A stretch of DNA of 24,000 bases from an uncultured Phycisphaeraceae bacterium. GTDB taxonomy: Bacteria > Planctomycetota > Phycisphaerae > Phycisphaerales > Phycisphaeraceae. Positions 6,060-14,305 of this stretch are shown piece by piece; position 1 is the first letter of the stretch; every line of letters begins with the position of its first letter. The translations under genes were made by a program, and so were the position numbers. The DNA is taken from assembly GCA_963799465.1 (NCBI GenBank), contig CAWCXG010000001.1, positions 1,214,001 through 1,238,000 on the forward strand. The letters are read 5' to 3'. The notes beneath the pieces are model-generated. The model was not told the DNA's origin. It ran no database searches and worked only from the letters and a program-made list of their open reading frames with translations.

Positions 6060-9000
6060 TCAGTTCGTGCCACGGGTGTTGAACACGTCGGTTCCGAGCG
6101 ACTGGCCCAGGCCCTTGGGCACCAGTGCGATCCCGAATGACTGCTCGTCTTCGAGCTGATCGAAAGACGCAAACACCCGGAACGTGACCTGTGGCAACTC
6201 GCGGTCGAGTGCCAGACTCAGCGATCGACTCTCGCCGCTTTCGGAAAAGTCGAGGGTCTGCGAGGCAGAGATGGTGTACTTGCTGGTGAGTTTGTAGCTC
6301 AGGCCGTAGGTCAGAAGCTGGGCGTCGAGGGCTTCAATCTCGGTATATCCCACTGAGGAGCGAAGACGGGGTGAATGGTCAAGTTCCGCGAGCACCCGCC
6401 ACTGGACCACTTCGCTTTCGTCCAGGGCATAGGTCAGGTCGCCGGTCATTCCGAGCGAATCGGTGACCATCCACATGAGCTGGGTGTAGAAGTGGTCGCC
6501 GCCCACCGCGAGTTCCGGGCGGTACCCGAAGTAGCGGGGGATGATGACGTCGCCGCGGTTGTTGTAGCCCTCGCCGTCTTCGGTGCGGAGCACCAGGTCG
6601 GTCTGGAGCGTGACCCAATCGACCGTGCGTTGTCGGCCGAATCCGCCCCGGCGGGTCTGGAACGTATTGGTCAGGCCGAAGCGAAAGATCCCGCCCTGCG
6701 CCAAAGGCTCCACGTCAAAGTCATAGACCGGCAGGTCTTGCGCGTCAAGGGTCGCCTCGCCGTAGGCTGCGGTGAAGCTCGGGCTGACCACGTGTCGCAG
6801 GCCGTCGATATCGAGAAGCCGAGAGCGAAAGCCGGTGAGGGTCCGATGGATCTCGGTGCCCAGGGTGACCCCGAGCATGCCGTAGAGCCGGGCGGGGTCG
6901 GATTCGCCTGAGAAGTCTTCAAAGTCTTCGTCATACGCGGTGAGCCGGGCCACGGCAAAAGGCGTGACATCCACCTGACCCACGCGCAGGGGCGCGGTGA
7001 CTTCCTGTCGGCTGTCGAACCGCAGTCGGTCTCCGCCGGGCAGGCCTGCGTCATTGAAGAATTGCTCGAAGGACGTGTCCGCGTTGGGCAGGCCGAAGAG
7101 CTGCTGGGCCTGACTGTCGGAAAAGGACCGCCGGGACGGGGCGTCTTCGCCAAACCGCAGCCGCATGCGCGACAGCCGGGTCTCGCTGTACCAGGTCAGC
7201 CGATCGTCCCACAGCGATCGGCCGGCGACGACGTAGCCCAGCTCGGGCAGCTTGTCCACGGTGTAGCCGGGACTCTGCAATGCGGGCAGCTGAGCCAGGA
7301 AATCGTTGGCCTGCCATTGGACCAGGCCCGTCGCCGCCCAGTCATCCTCCTGCCGGCGAAGGTACGCACTGGTCTCATACGCCAGGTCTTCATAAGCCCG
7401 GTCTTCGAAAAACTCTTCCAAAAACGTCTCATCCGACACGTAGGCCGCCTGCAAGGACAGATCGAACCCGCCGGGCAGGCGTTGACGGTGCAGCCAGCGG
7501 ACAAAGCCGCGAAGGTCTTCGTCGGGGTCGATTTCGTCGCGGCCGCCGGGCTCATCGCTGCCACCGCTGGAAGGCAGGAGATACGCATCGAAATTACCGA
7601 GCTGGTCAGGCCGGTTGTAGTCAATCGCAGTGCCCACGCCGATGCTGTGCTCACCTTGATAATCGATGATGGCGTCGGCATTCACGCCCGCCGGCGCTTC
7701 TTTGCCCACCAGCCCAAACGCGTCCCACCGCGTCTCCACCACCGCGCCAAGCCGGGAGTTGTAACTGACCTGAAACTTACGCAGCGGAATCTCCCGGGAA
7801 TCGCCCGCCAACACCGGCCAATAGAAAAACGGCACGTCACTGGCTCGAAGGGTGATGTCATCCGCGCGGAACCGTTCCCGAATCCGCCCGTTGGCCGACT
7901 CGGATCGACCGATGGTGAATCGGCGGGCTCCGATGGCCAGGTGCGGCACCGCAAAGTCAGAGTTCGTGAGCTGCGCCTGCGTGCCGGTAAAGCTGTCCGC
8001 CGAGGTCTGCCGCAGCGTCTTAGCCCGGAGATACAGCGGCATTTTGAGCTCAGGCTCGTAGGTGTAAAGCACCGCATCAAGCATCAACGCGCGGTTGTAC
8101 TTGAGGTCATAAAAAACGCGGGGGCTGCGCAGTGTGACCTCGCCGTCGGAGATCACCGCGTTGTCTTCGAGATAAATGCCGGTGATCTTGCCTGGATCAA
8201 TTTGCTGCGGGGCGGTCGGACGCTCGCCAGCCTCTGAATCTGCGGGGTCCGCATCAAAGAAGACCACTGCGTTTTGGGCTTTGAGTGTGACCGTGCGGTC
8301 GTCGGTTCGGCTTTGATACGCGAGATTCACCGGGCCCAGCAGGACTAAGGCGTTCTCCTGCTCGCCAAACCGAAAGGCAAAGCCCTGCACGTCGTAATAC
8401 GCAGCACCTTCGACGGGCAGAATCGGTGTGGGTACTACGGCTGCATCAATCTGGCCCGGCGGCGTGGACTCGGTCGAGCCGCCCGGGGTGCCCGGTGTCT
8501 GGGCCAACGGATCGGTCGCCGCGTCGGGGTCCGCATCCAATGGCGCGTCGTTGGTGGCGAGGCGTTGCAGCGGGGCGGGGAGTCGGCTGAGCTGGGCAGC
8601 TGCAATATCCTCGCGGCGCTTGGCACGTTGCTCAGAGGTTCCCATCGCGAGGTCCACCTGAGGCGGCAGCGACTGGACGTTGGCGTGCTGACGGTTCAAA
8701 AACGCAGTGATCCGCTCGACGGCCGGGGCGGCAGCCGGGGGCGGAGTGGGGTGGGGCCGATGCAGGTCGGCCTCGAGCGTGACCTGGCCTGACGTGGCCA
8801 CGGTGATCATCAGCCGGGGCGCCTGGGCGATGTTGCGTTGCGAGCCCGGCAGCGCTTGCGCATCGTGCAACTCGATGATCAGCTGCCGCGCGCCGGGGTG
8901 GTCGGGACTGGGCGTGAAGCGGGCCAGGGCCGTGCTGGCCGCGAAGCCGTAGTGACCGATCTGCAAGCGGACGCGATCCTCAAGCAGCAGCCAATGCGTG

Positions 9001-9242
9001 TCGCCCTGCTGCCAGGACTCCGCCACCCGGGCTCGCATCTCCACGTCATCGGGGACCAGGAACGGCTTATCCAGCGGACGATTTGGCAGACCTGCGGCAG
9101 GGCGTGACGCGTCGTCCGACGGTGCGGGCAGCGTTGAGGGTGCGGGTGCGGGCTGGGCATATCCGCCGGTCACCAGGCCCAGGACCACGACGGGGATCGC
9201 CAGCACGAGCAAGCCAGTCCGTGGGCGGTTGAGCGGATTCAC
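6060..9242 (-). CDS. lptD: LptD/OstA-like LPS-assembly outer-membrane protein (large form)
   Basis: This is an uninterrupted 1060-aa ORF with a signal peptide (MNPLNRPRTGLLVLAIPVVVLGLVTGGYAQP). It has an OstA-like N-terminal region, the LptD-typical block DVPFFYWPVLAGDSREIPLRKFQVSYNSRLGAVVET, and a long beta-strand-like C-terminal region. The GTG start at 9242 overlaps the upstream gene's stop (GTGA). Confidence 0.65.
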   Translation of the reverse strand: MNPLNRPRTGLLVLAIPVVVLGLVTGGYAQPAPAPSTLPAPSDDASRPAAGLPNRPLDKPFLVPDDVEMRARVAESWQQGDTHWLLLEDRVRLQIGHYGFAASTALARFTPSPDHPGARQLIIELHDAQALPGSQRNIAQAPRLMITVATSGQVTLEADLHRPHPTPPPAAAPAVERITAFLNRQHANVQSLPPQVDLAMGTSEQRAKRREDIAAAQLSRLPAPLQRLATNDAPLDADPDAATDPLAQTPGTPGGSTESTPPGQIDAAVVPTPILPVEGAAYYDVQGFAFRFGEQENALVLLGPVNLAYQSRTDDRTVTLKAQNAVVFFDADPADSEAGERPTAPQQIDPGKITGIYLEDNAVISDGEVTLRSPRVFYDLKYNRALMLDAVLYTYEPELKMPLYLRAKTLRQTSADSFTGTQAQLTNSDFAVPHLAIGARRFTIGRSESANGRIRERFRADDITLRASDVPFFYWPVLAGDSREIPLRKFQVSYNSRLGAVVETRWDAFGLVGKEAPAGVNADAIIDYQGEHSIGVGTAIDYNRPDQLGNFDAYLLPSSGGSDEPGGRDEIDPDEDLRGFVRWLHRQRLPGGFDLSLQAAYVSDETFLEEFFEDRAYEDLAYETSAYLRRQEDDWAATGLVQWQANDFLAQLPALQSPGYTVDKLPELGYVVAGRSLWDDRLTWYSETRLSRMRLRFGEDAPSRRSFSDSQAQQLFGLPNADTSFEQFFNDAGLPGGDRLRFDSRQEVTAPLRVGQVDVTPFAVARLTAYDEDFEDFSGESDPARLYGMLGVTLGTEIHRTLTGFRSRLLDIDGLRHVVSPSFTAAYGEATLDAQDLPVYDFDVEPLAQGGIFRFGLTNTFQTRRGGFGRQRTVDWVTLQTDLVLRTEDGEGYNNRGDVIIPRYFGYRPELAVGGDHFYTQLMWMVTDSLGMTGDLTYALDESEVVQWRVLAELDHSPRLRSSVGYTEIEALDAQLLTYGLSYKLTSKYTISASQTLDFSESGESRSLSLALDRELPQVTFRVFASFDQLEDEQSFGIALVPKGLGQSLGTDVFNTRGTN

Positions 9243-9802
9243 CGCTGGGCCTGCTGGCTTGGGGGATCGATCGCAAAACCGGGCACCGCGCGGGATTCGA
9301 CGTATCCGGGGTGATAGAGGTCCATATAGATCACCATGCGATGGCCGGTGGTGGGATCGGTGAGTTCGTACCCGTCGAGGAAGTTGCCGTAAGGGCCCCG
9401 GGCAAATGTGCCCACGCGTTGGAAGCTGGGACGTTGGCCGGTGGGCGTGCGGAGCCGTTGGAGGTACGCACGCTGGCCGGCGGTGTCGTCCGCTCGGATG
9501 GGCTGGGCCATGGAGCCCAGCGCCTCAGGCGTGTCCGGTTCGAGCGGGTCCGAAGCGCGATCCGGGTCCTGTGCCGTGGCCTGATCCTGACCTGAAGGGG
9601 CATTGGGGACGGCCTGGGAGAAAGGGTCGTCCGGGGCGGTGACGCGTGGCGGGCCTTCACGGGTATCCGTTTGCGTGGTCGTGCACGCAGGCGATCCCGT
9701 CACCAACGCCATCGACGCAAGGGTCAACCAACCAATGCGTCGGCCCGGGCCAAGGCTCAGGCATCGCATGGTGCAGAGGATGGATTGTCGCAGCGGTGGC
9801 AT
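9239..9802 (-). CDS. hypothetical secreted protein / lipoprotein
   Basis: Signal-like sequence MRCLSLGPGRRIGWLTLASMALVTGSPAC is followed by a Thr/Pro/Asp-rich linker and a conserved-looking C-terminal domain (GNFLDGYELTDPTTGHRMVIYMDLYHPGY). Possible starts are GTG 9856, ATG 9802 and ATG 9769. The stop overlaps the lptD start. Confidence 0.6.
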   Translation of the reverse strand: MPPLRQSILCTMRCLSLGPGRRIGWLTLASMALVTGSPACTTTQTDTREGPPRVTAPDDPFSQAVPNAPSGQDQATAQDPDRASDPLEPDTPEALGSMAQPIRADDTAGQRAYLQRLRTPTGQRPSFQRVGTFARGPYGNFLDGYELTDPTTGHRMVIYMDLYHPGYVESRAVPGFAIDPPSQQAQR

Positions 9803-9872
9803 GGTGGGATGCTCGGGTGCGTGGGGGGTGGTGTCAAGCCCGTGCGTCCAAAGCACGGGTTATGCCGACGGA

Positions 9873-10856
9873 TCAATGCGCATGGTCGTGATCGTGATCG
9901 TGATCGTGACTTGCGTCGTGCGGCGTGTCGCCTTGGGACTCAGCGGTTTCGTGCGTAGCGTCTCGATGTGCCGGGTCGCGGTGATCATGCGGCGCTTCGA
10001 GCAGCGCGAGCAGGCCGGCGAGCACCAGCCCGACCATCATCGCCGCCGAAAGCGCCAACCGGTCGTGATGATGAGCATGCAACTCAGGCAGCAGGTCCGA
10101 CAACGCAATATGCAAAAACAGCCCGGCACAAAACGCCAGCGTCGCTGCGACCAGCGTCTGCGAGTCGGCCCAAGGCGAAGGCTGACGGATCGCAAACAAA
10201 ACCTCAAACATCACGATGCCCAACGGCACCGCAAGCGCGAACAAAAGATTGATGAGCTGCCTTCGGCTTCGCGATCTGGCATCCCGTCCCGCCAAGGCAA
10301 TGAGCGTCAGCGCGTCCAGCGGCTTATGCGCCACGATCACCAGCAACACACTCAAGCCAGGCCACCAGGCATCCGGTGAGGAGTGAACCGCTGCGGCCAG
10401 CGCGATGCCCGCAAACACACTGTGAACCACCAGCCCGACACACGCGGCTGGCCAACTCACCGCGGCACCCGGACCGTGGACATGACTGCCGCAGGCGTGG
10501 TGTGCGGAAGCGTTTTGGTCGTGGGGAGCGGGGGGGTTGTGGGGATCGTCGTGGTCGTGTTGGTGGGGGTGCTCGGCGACTTCGTGATGATGAAACGGTG
10601 CAAAGCGTTCGAGCAGGAAGACGGTCAGGAGTCCCGCGAGCAGCCAGAGCGACGCAGCCATGGGCTTGAGCGTGTGCAGGGCATGGACCAGCAAGTGCAG
10701 CACCGCGACGCCGAGAATGAAGCCTGCGATGACGGACAACGCCAGCTGCAGCCGACGGTGCGTGAACCATCGCGTCATCGCCAAGCGTCCCCCCAAAAGG
10801 GACGCCGCGATGATCGGCAGACAGTAAAGCGCAAGCAACAGAGAGTCGGACATCAC
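9873..10856 (-). CDS. ZIP-family divalent metal (Zn/Fe) transporter with His-rich loop and tail
   Basis: It has multiple TM helices. ZIP-type motifs are VHSVFAGIALA (HSxxEG-like), VAHKPLDALTL (HK motif) and GLFLHIALSDLLPELH. A His-rich cytoplasmic loop (HHHEVAEHPHQHDHDDPH) and an HDHDHDHDHAH C-terminus are also present. The start is GTG 10856 or ATG 10853, overlapping the GT2 stop (GTGATG). Confidence 0.75.
   Translation of the reverse strand: MMSDSLLLALYCLPIIAASLLGGRLAMTRWFTHRRLQLALSVIAGFILGVAVLHLLVHALHTLKPMAASLWLLAGLLTVFLLERFAPFHHHEVAEHPHQHDHDDPHNPPAPHDQNASAHHACGSHVHGPGAAVSWPAACVGLVVHSVFAGIALAAAVHSSPDAWWPGLSVLLVIVAHKPLDALTLIALAGRDARSRSRRQLINLLFALAVPLGIVMFEVLFAIRQPSPWADSQTLVAATLAFCAGLFLHIALSDLLPELHAHHHDRLALSAAMMVGLVLAGLLALLEAPHDHRDPAHRDATHETAESQGDTPHDASHDHDHDHDHAH
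9887..9910 (-). repeat. hexanucleotide microsatellite (CGTGAT)x4 encoding (His-Asp)n tail of the ZIP transporter
   Basis: Four tandem hexamers lie at 9887-9910 on the plus strand, the last reading CGTGAC. They are in-frame and encode HDHDHDHD. Confidence 0.8.
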
Positions 10857-11704
10857 AGCGGGGCGGAGTCGGGGTCAGGTGGTGTTGGACGAGGCGAGGG
10901 CGAGGGCGGGGGCGAGGTTGGGGGTGGGGGTGGGGGAGGGAGATGACCGTGCTGGGCAGCCCAGAGCGCCGCATATTTGAGTTGCGTGGACACGCTGGCT
11001 TTTTGGGCGATCAGCAGACCTTGGACCCCATCGCGGAAGCCAGCCTTAAGCACGTAGGACTTAAGAAAGGCTACCCGAGGTCGAAGGATCAGGTCAGCGA
11101 CACGGGCCCGCTGGCCTCGGGCGTGCTGATGGCGGGCGACCAGAGGCAGGCGGGCGTCAAGCCGACCGCCACCGAAATAGTCCGACCACGTGTGAGCGCT
11201 TTGCCGTTTGTGCTCAAGGGGGTGATCCAGCGTGCGAAGTCGATCCGGGGCAGAGGGGATGCGGGCGTCGTGCAGCGGCTCGTCAGGCCAGGTCGTGCGG
11301 TCCCGATGAAACAGCCGGGTCTGGCGGTCAGGCCACCACGAACGCACCGGCTTGCCGAACAGCCAGTTGCGACGCGGCATGCTGAACACATCCGTCGCCT
11401 CGTACACCCTCTCAGACAGTGCACGAATCTCATTTGCCAGCTCAGGCGACACTTCTTCGTCCGCGTCAAGGGTGAAGACCCAGGGGTGTCGGCAGCGGGT
11501 GGTCCCGAACTGCTTTTGACCGGTATAGCCCCGCCAGGGCTCTTGCAGGTAAACGTCTGCATGCTCGCGGGCCAGTGCTTCGGTGGCGTCGTGCGAGCCG
11601 GAGTCGACGATGACCAGCTCATCCGCAAACGCCACTGAAGCCATCGCCGCGGGCAGTGTGTCAGCCGCATTGGCACAGCAGATCAACGCCGAGATCGCAG
11701 GCAT
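10853..11704 (-). CDS. family 2 glycosyltransferase (LPS core-type, WaaE/KdtX-like) with Pro-rich C-terminal tail
   Basis: GT2 N-terminal motifs are ISALICCANAADTLPAAMASV..DELVIVDSGSHD..TLDADEEV (DxD). The conserved C-terminal helix region is FLKSYVLKAGFRDGVQGLLIA. The tail reads PPPPPPPTSPPPSPSPRPTPPDP. Confidence 0.8.
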   Translation of the reverse strand: MPAISALICCANAADTLPAAMASVAFADELVIVDSGSHDATEALAREHADVYLQEPWRGYTGQKQFGTTRCRHPWVFTLDADEEVSPELANEIRALSERVYEATDVFSMPRRNWLFGKPVRSWWPDRQTRLFHRDRTTWPDEPLHDARIPSAPDRLRTLDHPLEHKRQSAHTWSDYFGGGRLDARLPLVARHQHARGQRARVADLILRPRVAFLKSYVLKAGFRDGVQGLLIAQKASVSTQLKYAALWAAQHGHLPPPPPPPTSPPPSPSPRPTPPDPDSAPL

Positions 11705-11800
11705 CGCCCGAGTTTACCGAGCGTTGCTTCACAAGACGCGCACCCCGCCAGACAACAGTCCTCACGCACCGAAAACGTCAGCCGATGAAGCCGGGCTCAC

Positions 11801-11829
11801 AGGTTTTAATTTCGACGAAATTAAAACCT
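11801..11829. promoter_or_regulatory. perfect 29-bp AT-rich palindrome (candidate operator) in a divergent promoter region
   Basis: AGGTTTTAATTTCG-A-CGAAATTAAAACCT has 14-bp arms that are exact reverse complements. It lies 97 nt upstream of the GT2 start (11704, minus) and 130 nt upstream of the LysM gene start (11959, plus). Confidence 0.5.
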
Positions 11830-11958
11830 AGCCAGAGCGTTGATCGCACGTCGGCTTCAAGCCCGTGCAACCCTCAACCCTTTGCAAGAAAGTGCCCACC
11901 ACCCTGCGGTTCAAGTTCAAACTAGGTTCAGCCCACGCAGGGCGATAGACTAAGAGCT

Positions 11959-12957
11959 ATGAGCGCTACCTATAAAATTGCATTGGTTGCCGCGTTGTTC
12001 GTGGCCGTGCTGGTCATCGGCTGGGCACTCGCGCCCTCGGGCGACGACGAAGCACCCGCAGACCTCGCGGGCAACACCCCGGCTGCCACCTCAGATACAA
12101 CCTCCATCACCCCGGACAATCCCATGCCGGCCCCACCCCCGCCGGGCTCGATCATCGACGAAGCCCCTGACGCCGACGCGAGCGACACCCCGTTGCTCGC
12201 CCGTGTCGATGCGGCAGATTCACCGCAACCAAACACCCGCAGCGACAACCTCACACCACTGCGCGACGATTTCGACCCCGGCTCCGCCACACTCGGCGAC
12301 GACACCGAACTCGACTCCACGGATCGCTCCAGCGACACCAGTGATCTGGGCCAAGGAGCCGACCGTGATCCCGCCGCTTCTGACGATGCGGCGCTTCCAC
12401 CGCGTCGTCCGATCGGCATCGGACGATTCCGCCCAACCGACACCACCACGCAGGACACACCCACACGAGAAACGCCCCGGCGCATCGGCCAAACTCAAAC
12501 AGACCAACCCGTCACCCCGACCCGCAACCCCACGCGATCCAACCCACAACCATCCCCCACGACACACACCGTCGAGACCGGCGACACGCTGTCAGGCATC
12601 TCGCTCGAGGTCTATGGCAGTGCCAAATACTGGCGCACCATCGCCCAGGCCAACCCCGACGTCGACCCCCGCAAGCTCAAACTCGGTCAGGAAATCAAGC
12701 TACCGCCCCGCGATCAAGTGGTCGGCGAGACGTCCCAGGCCGCATCCGAGACCACCACGCCGGCCGGCCCCTCAGGCCCCGGCGAACGCCATACCGTCGA
12801 AGCCACCGAGACCCTGTCCGACATCTCCGAACAGTACTACGGCACGCAAAATCGCTGGCGAGCGATCTACGACGCCAACCGCGAGGTCATCGGCGATAAC
12901 CCCGACCGCGTGCCCGCTGGCGTCGTGCTGCGGATCCCCCCGGCTTCGTCACCATGA
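11959..12957 (+). CDS. LysM-domain peptidoglycan-binding protein, membrane-anchored
   Basis: An N-terminal TM anchor (IALVAALFVAVLVIGWAL) is followed by a long Asp/Pro/Thr-rich disordered linker and two LysM repeats (HTVETGDTLSGISLEVYGSAKYWRTIAQANP...IKLPP and HTVEATETLSDISEQYYGTQNRWRAIYDANR...LRIPP). Confidence 0.85.
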   Translation: MSATYKIALVAALFVAVLVIGWALAPSGDDEAPADLAGNTPAATSDTTSITPDNPMPAPPPPGSIIDEAPDADASDTPLLARVDAADSPQPNTRSDNLTPLRDDFDPGSATLGDDTELDSTDRSSDTSDLGQGADRDPAASDDAALPPRRPIGIGRFRPTDTTTQDTPTRETPRRIGQTQTDQPVTPTRNPTRSNPQPSPTTHTVETGDTLSGISLEVYGSAKYWRTIAQANPDVDPRKLKLGQEIKLPPRDQVVGETSQAASETTTPAGPSGPGERHTVEATETLSDISEQYYGTQNRWRAIYDANREVIGDNPDRVPAGVVLRIPPASSP

Positions 12958-14177
12958 CCCCCCGGGCAACGCCCGACGCAGCGGATGTCAACGTCGATGT
13001 CGTCATCTTCGGCGGCGGGGTGGCAGGACTCTGGACCCTCGACACGCTCGTCCGCCAGGGCTACCACGCAGTACTCATCGAATCCACCGCCCTGGGCGCC
13101 GGCCAGTCCGTTGCCGCCCAGGGCATCCTGCACAGCGGACTCAAATACAACCTCACCGGCAAAATGAGCGACGCCGCCAAGGTCATCCGCTCCATGCCTC
13201 CGCTGTGGCGCGCCTGCCTGACGGGCGACGCATCCCCTGCATTGACCCAGACGCGCGTACGCGCTGAATCCTGTTTCATGTGGCGGTCCGCTGGGCTCGG
13301 CGGCGTCGTGGGCATGCTCGGAGCCCGCAACGTGCTGACCTCCAGGCCGCAGAAAGTCCAAGCGGATCAACGTCCAGACGTTCTCCGCCGAGTGGGCGAG
13401 GTCTACCGCATTAACGAGCAGGTCATCGATCCGGTGAGCCTGCTGGCCAACCTTGCCGCGCCGCATGCCGGGCGACTGATCCGTGCGGCCGAGCAGGACG
13501 TGGACATCAACGCCCACGCCGGAAAGGTCGAATCCCTCCGCGTCCACAGCCTCACGCTTCGGCCCCGCCACATCGTCATCACCGCCGGCGGCGGAGCCTC
13601 CGCACTGCTCACCCGTCTGGGATTGCAAGCGACCGCTCCGATGCAACGTCGACCCCTTCATATGGTCATGGTCCGATCCCCCGAGCACACGCCCACCGCA
13701 TTGCCCTGGCTCAACGGCCATTGCGTCGATCGCATGGCCACCCGCGTCACCATCACCAGCGACACCGACAACACCGGCCGCAGTGTGTGGCAGCTGGGCG
13801 GCAAGATTGCTGAGGACGGCGTCACGCTTGAAGCAAATGCACTTCTGCAACACGCTGCCCGTGAGCTCGCGTCCGTCCTGCCCGACCTCAAGACGGCAGG
13901 CCTGGAATGGGCGTCCTACCGCATCGACCGAGCAGAACTCGAAAACGACGGCTCCATGCCTGCGGGCGCCACCGCGCGTCGCACCGATGATGTCATCGTG
14001 GCCATGCCTACCAAGCTGGTCCTCGCTCCTCACCTGGCTCAGCAGGTCGCCGCGCTACTCGACCCGCCGCTCGACCCCACTGCCCACCACAGACTGGATG
14101 CCCTCGCCGCGTTGCCCCGTCCCGACGTCGCGCCGCCGCCCTGGGAACGCGCCACGCAATGGCATCACATCCCCTGA
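12954..14177 (+). CDS. FAD-dependent oxidoreductase (DAO / glycerol-3-phosphate dehydrogenase-like)
   Basis: The dinucleotide-binding motif VDVVIFGGGVAGLWTL..LIES is followed by GAGQSVAAQGILHSGLKY. The ATG overlaps the LysM gene stop (ATGA, 12954-12957). Confidence 0.75.
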   Translation: MTPRATPDAADVNVDVVIFGGGVAGLWTLDTLVRQGYHAVLIESTALGAGQSVAAQGILHSGLKYNLTGKMSDAAKVIRSMPPLWRACLTGDASPALTQTRVRAESCFMWRSAGLGGVVGMLGARNVLTSRPQKVQADQRPDVLRRVGEVYRINEQVIDPVSLLANLAAPHAGRLIRAAEQDVDINAHAGKVESLRVHSLTLRPRHIVITAGGGASALLTRLGLQATAPMQRRPLHMVMVRSPEHTPTALPWLNGHCVDRMATRVTITSDTDNTGRSVWQLGGKIAEDGVTLEANALLQHAARELASVLPDLKTAGLEWASYRIDRAELENDGSMPAGATARRTDDVIVAMPTKLVLAPHLAQQVAALLDPPLDPTAHHRLDALAALPRPDVAPPPWERATQWHHIP

Positions 14178-14305
14178 TCGACGAGCACAGGTCCTGTCGC
14201 CCTCCCTCCAGACATGAACCATTGGCATTGCCTCACCCGTTTTCACAGTGACAGGTGCGCAGCGAAACCCCACCTGCCCCGCAGCGACCGGCTACCCTTT
14301 CCGCC

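Noticed and set aside
7062-8237. Long antisense or alternative-frame ORFs: 7062..8237(+), 12867..14033(-), 11978..13267(+), 2739..3563(+), 4050..4949(-), 3565..4182(-), 15415..16356(-), 9603..10379(+), 10324..10974(-), 21192..22085(+)
   Set aside because: These are typical shadow ORFs of a high-GC genome. Each overlaps a gene with clear family motifs on the other strand or frame, and their products are Arg/Gly/Pro/Ala-rich with no recognisable domains.
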